Of a stretch of 64,000 nt of DNA, positions 12,361-25,090 are shown piece after piece. Positions within the stretch are counted from its first letter, which is position 1, and the number at the start of each line of letters is the position of its first letter. Made by a program: the position numbers and the translations under genes. Origin of the DNA: Octopus bimaculoides (taxonomy: Eukaryota). The stretch covers positions 58,600,385 through 58,664,384 of the forward strand of contig NC_068985.1 of the NCBI RefSeq assembly GCF_001194135.2, written 5' to 3'. The notes under the pieces were generated by a model. That model had not been told where the DNA came from. It saw nothing but the letters and a program-made list of their open reading frames with translations, and did no database searches.

Positions 12361-12409
12361 GTTGTTGTTTTTTTTTCGTGTATTCTCTTGCTTGTTTATG
12401 TTTGGATTG

Positions 12410-12467
<58 letters not shown>

Positions 12468-12525
12468 TGATTGGGTGGGGTGTAGGTAGTATTATACATA
12501 TTCGTCAGTTACATGTAGATTGTCA

Positions 12526-13510
12526 TCTATAATAAAAAAAGCAACATTTTGTCTGTCCGTCTGGGACTCTGTATCTCAGTCTACATTTGCTCTATATCAA
12601 GTAGTAGTGCTCTACATCCAGTTTTAGTGCGGCAGGCAAAAATACCGAAAGGAAAAGCTTAGCGTGCGGATCACAAATTCTAACTCTTATATCTGTATAA
12701 ATCTTGTATATATGTATAATTCGATATACATTAATAAAGATGAGTTTAAGGCATTAAATTTACGCGTAACTTTTTCTTTAACGAAGGCCCTGAATTTAGG
12801 GCGTTTATATTACTTATGAGGTATTCTATAGTTTTCTTTTGGAGTGTACTAGGGTCACAAGAGGGTGGTGCATCCCTAGCAATACGTGTTTTACAGTGAA
12901 AACAAAATTTCCGTTCAAATGGCAATTACAGGACGATTTTCTGTTCGAGTCTAACCGTTTTAAGTCGTGGTGGAAACGCGACCTATGTCGCGAATAGGTA
13001 TGCGAATATTGCATAAATTTTATAATCGAAAAATTCCCTATATTTTGTACATACGAGTATACAAGCCTGCACGCACAACAAAATTGGCTCGAGGGTGGAG
13101 TTTTCCCCACCCCTACTCTACATAGACATATAACTTCTTAGAATCAGGATGATCCCAGGATTGAAAATCTCCCCTTCATTTGGTTCTTGAACATCTAGCA
13201 CTGGGATGTGATATAAAAGCATTTAGGTTGCTACATCTAGCGGCCATTTTCGTTGGCTTTTGTCAGATGACATCAGAGGTCAAGGGGAAGATAAATGACA
13301 TTTATTTCGTTAATTTTACGTCAAGATAAGAACTTGGGTATTGCATTACAGAATTAAATTCTAATCCCTCCTTAAACTCTGATCCAATACCACCGGGGTA
13401 TATAGTCATAGAGGTATTATAGTCATGCTATTCACCCCACTTCAGTTTGGGGCCGCAGGCCCAATTAGCCCATACCAAGTTTGCACGGAGTACAGCTTTT
13501 AAGCTACCAG
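12526..13510 (+). mobile_element. Non-autonomous Helitron with a nested ~500-bp insertion
   Basis: 5' end A|TCTATAATAAAA. Segments 12526-12597 and 13120-13250 match 44302-44500. 3' segment 13440-13510 matches 46120-46207, which lies downstream of a Helitron helicase fragment. Confidence 0.7.
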
Positions 13511-14424
13511 ATTATATATAAGCGATGCTACGTAAATTTGAGGTTGAGCCAATTTATTCACTCGTTAGAACAATGAATAATATACGCGAATATGTTCTGT
13601 AACGTCAATTATCTCCTGATGTAAAAGTTAATGTTCATATGGATAATTATATACTTACATACACACTAGCACATACGTACAACCATATACATAAACAAAG
13701 GTATACACATGTGCAATCGCACACACATGCACATACGCACACATACACACAAAACACATTTATGAGCACCCACTTACCACGCACGCACACACGCACAGAC
13801 ATAAAGACACACACACACTCACATATATATATATATATCTATTTGTAAGTATGGATTTATGTATGCATGTATGTATGTATCTTTTAGACCTTGGGTGCTA
13901 CTATATCTCTCTATACCTATACACTGAAAAATTTCTTACATTATCACTATATAAAGATAGATTCATTCTACTGCTGGTATTAGAATTGATATATTATCCA
14001 CAATTCGGCCGTTATACGCTCCATACTTCTTCGGTTATACGTCGTCTTCCAAGTTGTACTCCACTCTTCGAGCCGAAATTGTGTTGTATCTACATGAATT
14101 GATGGTTCTCATTTTTTTGAAAATATAATGAAAATTCCTATTATCAGTAATTATATTACATGTGACGCTGCTACTTTGTTGCGTTTCAACTAAAGTATAA
14201 TTTGACCCGTATTGACCTGAAAATTGACCACACGCCCACTAGCTAAGTCACTATGTACCATACATATCAACACTTCATATTCACAACCCTTTTGTCCTAT
14301 ACAGTACATGTGTTTATTATTTTTCTTGCGTCTTGGCGTTCATTTGGCCTGTTATCTTTTTACCATGGTGTATAAGTCATCGAAAGTGCATCAAGCCCAC
14401 TGAAAAGGACACTCGTCCAGTGCA

Positions 14425-14560
14425 TGGCTGAAGGCCAGCAAATTTAAGGAGAGACGATAAGAGGGGACAGTACTTGATTTATAGATTAAAGGCAAAGTTG
14501 GCATCGGCGGGATTTGAACTCAGCACGTAAAGTCAGGAAGAAATGCTACGAAGTAGTTTT
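14425..14560 (-). mobile_element. Family 1 SINE fragment
   Basis: aaggcaaagttggcatcggcgggatttgaactcagcacgtaaag motif. Confidence 0.7.
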
Positions 14561-15609
14561 GGTTTTTCCAAATCTCCTCCGTCATGGGATATATCAGAAC
14601 TATGAATATATTTATATATTATTTTAACGTTAAATGTATTAGTCAAGCAAGTGAGTATGTAATTCCAGATGTCAGAGCAATACTCTGTTTCTCAAATGAA
14701 CCATGTAGAACGTCAAAATCTGTTGTTATATTATTCTAGTGATGGTAGGATTGAGCTTTTACGCGTAGAAGCCTGGTGTTTGAAGTAATTGTAAAGACTC
14801 TATCTCAATCCTGACCATGTCTAGGAATCTATGGTGTGATGGTACTTTCTTGATACGAAAATTGTTTCAGTTAGTTTTTTTTTCCTCTTAAAAGAGACGA
14901 GATTGGCATAGCCGTACTGCAGGAGACCCCCACCAACATCTCAATATACGTATCCACTCGATACAAACCATACCACCACTTGCAAACTTATGCACTTTTT
15001 ACGTTATTACAAACATGATTTCGCACAGTATTCTTCCTCTTTGCTTACACAGCTGAGTGATGAAAGATGTTATGTTTTTTTAATAAATAATAGTCCTGAA
15101 AGGCACCTCACGAAGATCTGGTCTTCCTCAAAATTCGTTTCTCTCTCCTATCCTCTCTGTTGTATTCATTAATAACCTACTTTGATAACATTTAACAGCT
15201 GAATATTAATGTCGCCCTAAACTGAGCGGTTCACATTCAAAACAAATTACCCTAGTATTTGCCGTGAAAGACTCATAACCGCAATATCCATGGTTCTATT
15301 CCTGAAACAAATAACGTATGTTTTTCTTAGACGGAGATACTTCATTTGTTCTAGTCTAATCTACTGAAACAGAATACCAGCAGACTGTTGGTGTATGTCT
15401 CCGCATCCAGATATCATATTTTCGATGTTCAGATGATTCAACGGTCAAACGTCAGAGAGAGTCACAAGCAAAGATATCATACTCACTTGAGAGTAAGATC
15501 TAAGCACTATCTTTCTCTCACTTTCACCGTCACCCACACATATATACTATATATGTATGCAGATATATGCGTGTGTGCGTGTGTGAGAGACAGAGAGAGG
15601 GAGAGAGAG

Positions 15610-15672
<63 letters not shown>

Positions 15673-15739
15673 AATTCATCATTGTACACACATATAAACA
15701 AATATGCATAAACACACACTTGCATATCCATGTATGTAT

Positions 15740-15925
15740 TTATGTATGTTTGAAGATAATCAAACCAAATTTTCATCATTTCGACCTACTCACCCAGTGA
15801 GTATTTCTGCCAAATTTGGTGCAAATCTGTTGAGCCATTTTCCAGTACTTTTGCAAACACACAGACAAACCGACCAAGACGAGTAATTACAGCACCATGC
15901 TTTCGCTTACGCGCACAGAGTAATA
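15740..15925 (+). mobile_element. Possible Helentron/DINE-like non-autonomous element, 3' part
   Basis: ccaaatttggtgcaaatctgttgagcc...acacacagacaaac followed by a short terminal stem-like segment. Assigned from recalled similarity only. Confidence 0.35.
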
Positions 15926-15931
15926 ACAATG

Positions 15932-15998
<67 letters not shown>

Positions 15999-16012
15999 TG
16001 ATGATGATGATA
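15925..16012. repeat. (TAA)n(TGA)n microsatellite
   Basis: Seen directly in sequence. Confidence 0.95.
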
Positions 16013-16690
16013 AAATGATGGCAAGAAAAGCCATGACAAATACCGGGCTAAACTAAACGCAAAAGAAATAGACAAAGCAAAATCGCAGCAATGGCTCAGG
16101 ACTCAAATCAAAGACTGTAGGATTTTTAATTGCAGCACAAGACCAAAGCCTCCCCACCAGAAATTACCAAAAACATATAATGAAAAGAAACATATGAAGT
16201 AACTTCAGAATATATGGAGCTGGACAAGAAACAATAAACCATATTGTCTCTGGCTGCCATGTCCAGGCTAAGAAGGAATATATTCACAGACACGACAGAG
16301 TTGGAACCTACATACACTGGAGGCTATGCAACACTATGGAATAACAACATAAACAAAGTTGGTATGCGCACGCGCCAGAATAGGTAACAGAAAATGAGAG
16401 AGCAACAATAGTATGGGATATGCCAATACATACAAATAGAGAAATTAAGGCCAATATGTCAGAGATCACTTTGAAAATAAATGCTTTCTAATTGATGTAT
16501 CAATACCAACAGATGACAACGTTTCTCTAAAAGAAATGGAGAAACTTTCAAAATACAAAGACCTGGAAATAGAGACAACTCGAATGTGGAATCTAAAAAC
16601 AGAAACAATTCCTATCATAGTGGGCGCATTAGGTATGATATAAAAAATATTCATAACAAAAAGACCAGGACTAAAAATATATATATAACA
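16013..16690 (+). mobile_element. R4/Dong-like LINE fragment A (CCHC and RLE)
   Basis: GFLIAAQDQSLPTRNYQKHIMK; QETINHIVSGCHVQAKKEYIHRHDRVGTYIHW; LIDVSIPTDDNVSLKEMEKLSKYKDLEIETTRMWNLKTETIPIIVGALGMI. Flanked on both sides by (TAA)n. Confidence 0.92.
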
Positions 16691-16729
16691 TAGATGATGA
16701 TAATAATGATAATAATAATAATGATGATG

Positions 16730-16802
<73 letters not shown>

Positions 16803-16805
<3 letters not shown>

Positions 16806-17612
16806 ACCATTGATCATGTTGTCTCCATGTGTAGTCTTCTTGCGCCTACAAAGTATCTCAGCAGGGATGATAATGTAGTACAATATATTTACTGAGTAAT
16901 TTCCAAAAACTTGACCTGCCCCATGATAAAAACTAGTAGCAACACAAACCACTTCCAGTGCTTGAAAATAATCACAACTCACTCCTCTGGAATTTCACCG
17001 CTCAGACTGACATAAATGTATCTGTCAAGACCTACGAAAAACTGAGCAAGTATAAGAATCTTGAAATAGAAATTAGCAAAATGTGGAACCTGAAGACTAA
17101 AACAAAAATCGTGCCTCCTCATTGATATGACTGTCCCAATCGATATAAACGTATCTGTCAAGACCTACCAAAAAGTGAGCAAGCATAAAGATCTTGAAAT
17201 AGAAATTAGCAAAATGTGGAATCTGAAGAGAAAAACAATACCTGTTATCATAGGTGCCCTAAGACTCATTTCTAAGGCACTTATGACAACAGATATGATT
17301 TTAACAAAAGGGACTTATTGCTACCTAGCTCAGATACCAGGAAAACCCAAAATGGCATAAATTCAAAAGATAGTGCTTATGGGAACTGCCCATATCCTAC
17401 GTAAAATACTGACTATGTAATCTCAAATTTTAAAACAAACTCATAATTTTCTTATGGTTTCTTAAACATTCTCTTGAACCATACTATGTACACAACCACA
17501 TATATGGCACCCAAGGCATAACATCAACATGAACATGTTGTCTCTTGAGGTCTCTGGGTGAAACTTGGAGTCAACTTGTAGAAATGCAAAGCAAACGTCA
17601 AACATAAATTAA
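16803..17612 (+). mobile_element. R4/Dong-like LINE fragment B (RLE, 3' UTR, TAA tail)
   Basis: TIDHVVSMC..LAPT at the start; KYKNLEIEISKMWNLK present twice; IPVIIGAL; IQKIVLMGTAHILRKIL; 3' UTR running into (TAA)n at 17614-17765. Confidence 0.92.
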
Positions 17613-17614
17613 TT

Positions 17615-17661
<47 letters not shown>

Positions 17662-17687
17662 TGATCATGATCATGATGATCATGATT

Positions 17688-17754
<67 letters not shown>

Positions 17755-17769
17755 CAACAACAACATAAT

Positions 17770-18355
17770 TATCATAAAGAAGTATTATAGACGTTTCAGA
17801 AATATCCTGAATACTGAGTTGAATCTTTAAAATAATATTGCAGCTGTAAACTCCCTGGTGGCATCAGTTGTCCAGTATAGCCTTAACGTCATTAGTTGGA
17901 ATTCGAGTGATCTCCAGCGTATGGAAATAAAGACCAGGAAAGTGCTGACTCTTAACAGGATGCACCACCCAAAATCCGACGTCCACAGGTTCTATTTCCC
18001 GCGAAACGACCACGATAGCACCTCGGGTGTACATCCAATGTAACACCGACTGGATGATACAGCTGGCAAGGCAGCGTGAACAAATTAAGAAACTGCACTC
18101 AATCTCAAAGGTGGCATATAAATACAGACGAGAGCTTAACCTGCCTGGTTATGATAATGATAAGTGTAAAACTAAAGCGAAAGAGGAAAATCAAAACTGA
18201 GGAAAGAAAAACCATTGCATGAACCATACCCGAAACGAACTGGGGCAACTGATGTAGAGAAAAGACGAACCCATGAGTTACTGGAGAATGTTAGGTTGAA
18301 AATCGAAACAGAATGATTCATCCTAGCAGCACAAGACCAGAGTGTCCTCACCCGG
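17770..18355 (+). mobile_element. R4/Dong-like LINE fragment C (post-RT region)
   Basis: AVNSLVASVVQYSLNVISWNSSDLQRMEIKTRKVLTLNRMHHPKSDVHRFYFPR, then LKIETE*FILAAQDQS. Confidence 0.88.
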
Positions 18356-18500
18356 AAGGGCATCCAGCCATAGAAATCATGCCAAAGCAGGTGATGCTGT
18401 CCGATACAGTCCTTGGATGCATTGGAACCCCTCAGACTGAGCAACCCATGCCAACACGGACGTTGAATGATGATCATGATGTTGATGATGAATGATCATT
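18355..18500 (+). mobile_element. 3' end of a (TGA)n-tailed retroposon (family 3)
   Basis: ggaagggcatccagcc...caacccatgccaacacggacgttgaatgatgat; the same tail motif occurs at 37860-37925. Confidence 0.65.
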
Positions 18501-18983
18501 TCAAAGACGAAAACGATGAGACCGATGACGAAGATGGTAATGATGGTGATGACTGTGATGATGTTGAAGAATTGAAATGGTACAACTTTGTTACACTCTA
18601 TGTACTAGAGTGTAAAGTTGGATGTATGTTACACGTGTCTGGAATGTGTCAGCCATTTCCCCATTTCTCTCCGCATTTTCTAAATTATTCTTTTGCTATT
18701 CTTCGGAAACTCAATGACAATGCCTTACCAAATCATAGATTAAACTTCAGATCCAAAGTGTCCTGCTTCTGCAAGTTATACCCTATGTTTATTGCCATAC
18801 ACGCTCTGTATAGAATGCTCATATCTTAAGCACTGTCTTCTACTTGCCCGGTCTATATTGCCTTCCCAAGGTACACTTAGCCCAGCAATCATGACTCACT
18901 CTCTCTCTGTCTCTGTTTCTCTATTTCTTTCTCTGTCTTTCTCTGTTTCTTTCTCTCACCCTTTGTTCCTGACATTCTTTCTT

Positions 18984-18984
<1 letters not shown>

Positions 18985-19065
<81 letters not shown>

Positions 19066-19090
19066 TCTGTCTCTCTCTCTCCATCTCTCA
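18985..19090. repeat. (CT)n microsatellite; a second tract at 19301-19420
   Basis: Seen directly in sequence. Confidence 0.95.
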
Positions 19091-19296
19091 TACTAGATCA
19101 TACAATCATGTCAAAGACTTTGCTTCAATATTGGAATATCACCTAAAAACGCGAATGTTTCGTACAGCAATTAGTAATTCGTCATTAAAGATCCAGGGTA
19201 ACTGCTTTCCTTTACCAACTCACATTGATTCTCACGCCTCCTCCGTAGAAACCAGCCAGGTATATATTGCTACTGACTCCCATTGCATCGATGCTA

Positions 19297-19411
<115 letters not shown>

Positions 19412-19869
19412 CTCTTTCTCTCTGTTTTTGAAAGAGAGCGTAAGAAATCTTCATTGATATAGAACAGTTATTGTTTCAAAATAAGCATAACGGAGTAAAT
19501 AAAAAATTACGAGCATTCACTAATATTACACTTAATACTAAAGGCAAAAAGAAGCCTGCCATTTTGGAGAAGGGAGCTGGTCGACCGTACTGCTTGGCTG
19601 GTACTTATTTCATCGACTCCAAAAGGATACAGGTGAAGTTGATATTGTCGGAATAAACATGCTAATATGATTCTATTTATAGGTTTATGTATACTTCCAG
19701 AAAACTTTAAATAAATTCACTCGTTGCTTAACAAACAATACGCATGTCTTCTTATGGCAACTTACTTGCTAGCAATTAACAGATCCAACTTGATGGTGAC
19801 CATCTTATTCTCCATTCTTCATTCGTGTGTTGTTTTATCTCGGAAGGGTCTGCACAATGGATGTTTTAT

Positions 19870-20500
19870 CTCGGAAGAGTCTGTGCAATGGATGTACAAA
19901 CAATCTGGAGTTCAGTGGAATGTCCTGAGAGGAGCGAGCAGTTTCTTGTTCAGAATCTAAGATGAAGGGTGATAAGCAGGTAATGATTCATTGGCCCTTA
20001 TCTAACTAGAGATGGCATCAATGTTCCTCAATAGTACCTGTTCAGTCGAACAAGGGACCATGAGGCCCAGCATCCCTATACCACTCTCATGTATATTCAT
20101 GCGTAAAACCTTCCAGCAAATCCATACCTGCTCCCATTATCAAACTCTCCGTCAGTGGCAGGCTTTACAAAGGGAAGTTGTTCATTGCAGGAGTTCACAT
20201 TTCAAGACAGATCGGGAGACAATGGAAACTCAAGAGGAGCAGTACGTTTTCTCAAACGTAGGAAGCTCTACAAATAGAGTCCAGTGAAGAATAACCCAGC
20301 ACCGATCACTGCACCTTGATCATTCTCTCAGAATTTAATCACCAAACATTTGAGTTTCTGGATTCACCTAAGAGACAATTTTGTAATATTTATTGTGTGG
20401 CAGAGTATACTCACAAAAAGAAACCTGCAAAGTCTGTAACTGGAGCCAACTACTGCTCCAAGATACCACATCTCAGTTAACGTGATCACAAAGGGCACTC
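19870..20500 (+). mobile_element. Highly decayed RTE-type LINE, APE endonuclease region
   Basis: ECPERSEQFLVQNL resembles RPERRTALVAREL; a segment near 20430-20470 resembles the GADCWTDH motif. Weak, matched by eye. Confidence 0.4.
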
Positions 20501-21370
20501 AGTTACTGCAAGTCTTCAGGCATGGAGGAAGGAAGGAAGGAAGGATGGGTTCTTCGTAAGGGAGAATCTATATACACTTTATCTTGTTTCCCTTGTTGAA
20601 CATATAACGTAAGTGAAACAGTAGCAGCAAGCTAGAAACAAATGGAATGCAATTAGATGAAAATACGAATGCAATGTTCACAACTACGAACCACTGCACT
20701 GAAAGCACTACTGACGTCTCATTGTAGACTAAACAAAACACTACTTACAACTTTGTGAACGCTACATAATTAAAGAAAATATGTCATGCAAAGAGGAGTA
20801 GAAGGCAGGTCATCTCCGATAGAAATATTTTTACAACTGGCTTCCCCTGTAACATTAGACGCGATAGAAGTAAATAAATACATTTTCCTTTGGTCTTTTT
20901 TCTTTTTGCTTAAAATATTTTCTGTGTCTTTCTTAATGAAAAGCAGGCCAGATATTAAACCATTTTAAAACGACCAATACAAGAAAGATATTTATCTTCT
21001 CATAAGAATAAAACAGAAAGTAATAAATAAATAAATACATAAATAAACCTTTTGAAAAAATCTACTTTGACGTTATTGATGGTGGCTTTTACCTGATGTC
21101 GCTAAAGATATCTACTGGTGCGAAGGAATCATAATTTATAGTTTAGTTGACAACACAAGTATCATATTGAACGATAAACATATATTCAACATACATGGTA
21201 AGTTATATAAATATCAGCTGTGAACACACCAACACACATGCACACAAAGCACACACATAATCACACACTAAACTCACACACTCACACGGACACGGACGCA
21301 TAGATTTGCGTTCACACACGTGCACACAGCCATATATTTTTAAGAGTTTGTGCTTTATGTAAGAGTATAC

Positions 21371-21405
<35 letters not shown>

Positions 21406-21772
21406 GTATATATATATGTAATATGTGTATGTTTATGTGTGTTTATATATATATATACTTACATACATACATATATATTCGTATTCACTAGATAAATATA
21501 AGTGTGGATGTACGTATATACTTACGCACACACGTGAATGTGTATACATGCATGTACACATACAGATAGGTGTGCCTTTATAGCTTTCTTGCATACATGC
21601 ATATGTGTGTGTGTGTGTGTGTGAATAGCCTTTGTGTAATCAATAACTCCATGTAATCTTATGCATCATTAAAATATTACGTTTTCAAATGAAAATACTT
21701 GACACGTACACTCTTTGAGACATAGTATAAATTGACTGTGGCACAGGATGGTAAAAAGAAATCAATACTTAC

Positions 21773-21952
21773 CGTTCTGCAGAAGTAAATCTGAGGATTC
21801 TCTTCGATGGTGCTTAATGTCCAAAAAAAACACAACTACTGATTGAGAAGCAGGGAACAATATTTCCTTCCTATCAATACAAAAGTAAATATTGTAATCT
21901 AACACTAATGAATGTTTAAAGCTTTTAGCATCAATTTTTAAAATTCTTACAA
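21773..21952 (-). other. Candidate isolated 180-bp exon of an unidentified host gene
   Basis: Minus-strand acceptor ATCATTCTTTCAG| with an upstream pyrimidine tract and donor CG|GTAAGT. One frame is open across it. No recognisable protein motif. Confidence 0.25.
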
Positions 21953-21982
21953 CTGAAAGAATGATATATACAGACAAAGAAA

Positions 21983-22021
<39 letters not shown>

Positions 22022-22074
22022 GGAGAAAAGAGAGAGAGAAACATATACTTTAATATAAGTAGCTAGATATACAT

Positions 22075-22148
<74 letters not shown>
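22075..22148. repeat. (GATA)n microsatellite
   Basis: Seen directly in sequence. Confidence 0.95.
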
Positions 22149-22149
22149 C

Positions 22150-25090
22150 AATGTATATTTTTCGCTTCTTTGCTGCAGAGCGTATATTTTCTCAGATTTT
22201 TCAGCCTCTCCCAGTAGTTCCTCTTTCGTAGTCGATTCTTATAGAGGTGTTGTATTGCCTAGAACTTAGCTGTTAAACTTACGGATTATGGTGGCCGTAA
22301 CTGGGAGCAGCAATCCTGGCAACGCAGCACGAGAAGTCTCCATAGGTGCAGCATGTTTTCTTTTTATATTTTCTGAATGGTCTCAGAATTCATCCAGACT
22401 GTTGCCTCCACATTATTGGCATCTTAATCATCTGCACATGGAATGACACATCACCACTCGTGCGAAATGTTAGATTACGCGCTGACACTACCTATTATAC
22501 TGCAATACTCTCTGTTTCTGTCTATTCTGATGGAAATCTGTTCGTGTGTCAACACTGCAGTGCTTGAATCCTCGTCAGCTTTGGGAAATAAATTGTTGAC
22601 TTCAACCCATTTGTATAATGAGTTCACATCTTTTTGTAGATTTGAGGTATCTTGCGATACTTTTGTATCTTGATCATAGCTGGTAAGAGTAGATGACTGA
22701 ATGAATGAAGATAAATATGAGAGAGCAGCCACCACTATTAGTGATCTCAGTGCAATTCCTAGGAGATCTTAGAGGAATATTGATGTCTCCTAGGAGAGAC
22801 TACTATTGGCTGCATCTGCCTTACTCGTCACTTTTAGAAAGTCGTGTAGCTCTTCTCCTAGTTAACAACGGATACCATGGTAAAGCAGTTTATCTCATAT
22901 CATCCAGTAATAGATGTTTTCGAAAGCCTGAGTAAAGGTGCTTGATATATTCACATTTGAATGGTCGTGCGGTTGTTTTCGTAACCAATCATAATGCTGT
23001 TGCAGCTGTGTGAGGCAGTTCTTTCCTGGCGGAAGACGTGCTGCGTATTAGGAAGCAGGTCATTTCCTTCTAACAACGTGATCAGCTTCTTTCTGATAAT
23101 GCGTTCCCTAGTTGTATTGATATGTGAGATAAGAGAGATAGGCCTATAAATGTTAACACCTACTCTACTCCTTCCTTTGTAGACAGGATTATAATACCTT
23201 CTTTTAAAATTTTGGGAAGTTTACTATCTACGATGAAACTCAAGAAAAAATATCTGCAGTGATTTGGCTATAGTTTTCTTGCATGTCTTTAAAAGAATTT
23301 AAAAATCCCCGCCGCCGAGTACGAGTTCAATTGCCGATAAATCTTTTATGTCGATGTAATAAATAGTTGACTTTTCCCTGTGTGCATTTTCAATGTTTAA
23401 GAACTCATCAAGCTTGCTTAATTGCAAGAGAGACTTTGCGACCGATTTTACTTGAGGATCTCTTTTCGAATCGATTTCTGGATAGCCATGTAGAAATTCA
23501 GGCTCGAAAGCGTTTGGATAGATCTTGTATTTTATACATCTTTGAGGAGTTTGGGTCCATAAATTGCTGATTCTGTTATGTTGTAGTCTGAGTGTATTGT
23601 TGGCAACACATTCATATTTTGGCTAAATTCCACTTTATTGGTCAAGCAGTGGACCAGATTCTGGTCCCTGGGTAGGTATAGAACAGTTTTCCATAAATAT
23701 ACTCTTTGTAAGATCAAGCAGGGATTTTGCTCTTTTTGCTTGTCATTCCTGACATTATGGCCAACTAATGTTGGAGTAGTTCCAGTCACATCAGAAGAAC
23801 ACTGATGTTTTGATTTAGTTTCATTCATACTTCTTTTATAATTTTAAAGCTTTCCTAAATTTTGCAACGTGATTTAAGGTGTCACACGGACGCAGTGTAC
23901 ATTTTATTACATTGAATTGCTTTATATACATTATATGTGCTTCATAAACTGAGTCTGAATGCGACAAAATGGTTAAGAGTGTAGCATCTTCTCCTATGTA
24001 CAGCTTTTTTTCTGCCTGTGCAAAACAGAACACACTTGGGTATGTGTATCTACGCATTGTTTATATCTTCAGACAGATGTATTTTGGTAAGTGATATAGG
24101 CATGCTTTGATTACGTGTAGAAATAATTCACACAAATTAACTGTATTATTGGTGAGATGTTTGGGATTGGGTCTGTGGTAACGAAGGTCTTTTAGGCCTA
24201 TAATACACGATAATCTTTTGTGCGAGCATGAATTTTGTTTAGTTATTTTTGTGGCCATGACAGCTGGTATACTATCTTTTGTGCCACAGCTAAAATATTC
24301 ACCGATTCGTTCACTGCGGTTCACACTGCATCTGCATATCATTTTCAATGAGTGTACGTGGTGCATTTTGCTTCTTCTTTACTGCTAGAATTTTATTGTG
24401 GCCTTTCTGTGTACTGTTATAATTATGTGTGGAATAGTTACCTATTTGAGACCTATTCCATCCGAATTTGTAATGAATATATCGGTAATTTGTCCTTATT
24501 TCTCCATACCAAGAGTCATCCTTTATGTAAAATATACAAGTGGTCCACATTTTGTTTACTGCTTTCCAGTTAAGTTTCTGTGTATTTTAATCCATTAAAA
24601 AAAAAAATTACTTTTACTTACCGCTTTTGTTGTCTTCCCCCGTTTGATGTCTTCCTTTTTCTTCACCGTTATTTGAGGGGTGCTATTTTAGACGCCTGGG
24701 GTATTGATATTTTGGTGAAGTTTTAGCTTCTTTTCCGGACCTCTCACATTTGTATGTTTGTTCATTAATGGCTATTGAGCTGGTTATGTTGATTCCATTT
24801 CGTATATTTGAATTGCATTAATTTATTCCTTGATAATTATTTTCTATTACTTGCTTCTGTAGTGGTTATAGTTTTTGCTAGTTGTTGCTGTTATAGTTGT
24901 TACTGCTTATCAGTCTATCTGATAAAAAAAACATTCGATTCGCAACTAGCCGGACCCATTTTGTATGATATGGGCGGCAATGTATTATGTAAGATACTAT
25001 TTCTTCTTAAAGGGTGCAGTTTGTAATTTTATGGGGAATTAGCTGATATAATTGAGAAATTGTAGTTGGTCTCATATTTTTCGATAGTAT
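22150..25090 (-). mobile_element. CR1-clade LINE (ORF1, APE endonuclease, RT), decayed
   Basis: RT: LLEGNDLLPNTQH.FR; YDQDTKV...LQKDVNSLYKWVEVNN (decayed YADDTK); NYWERLKNL near the 3' end. Endonuclease: SHSDSVYEAHI..KQFNVI and VLPTIHSDYNI. Cys/His-rich ORF1 remnants at 24.1-24.55 kb. Confidence 0.8.

Noticed and set aside
19832-19893. ~30-bp direct duplication; also a 16-bp x3 repeat at about 49126-49178
   Set aside because: Ordinary local slippage duplications with no further structure.
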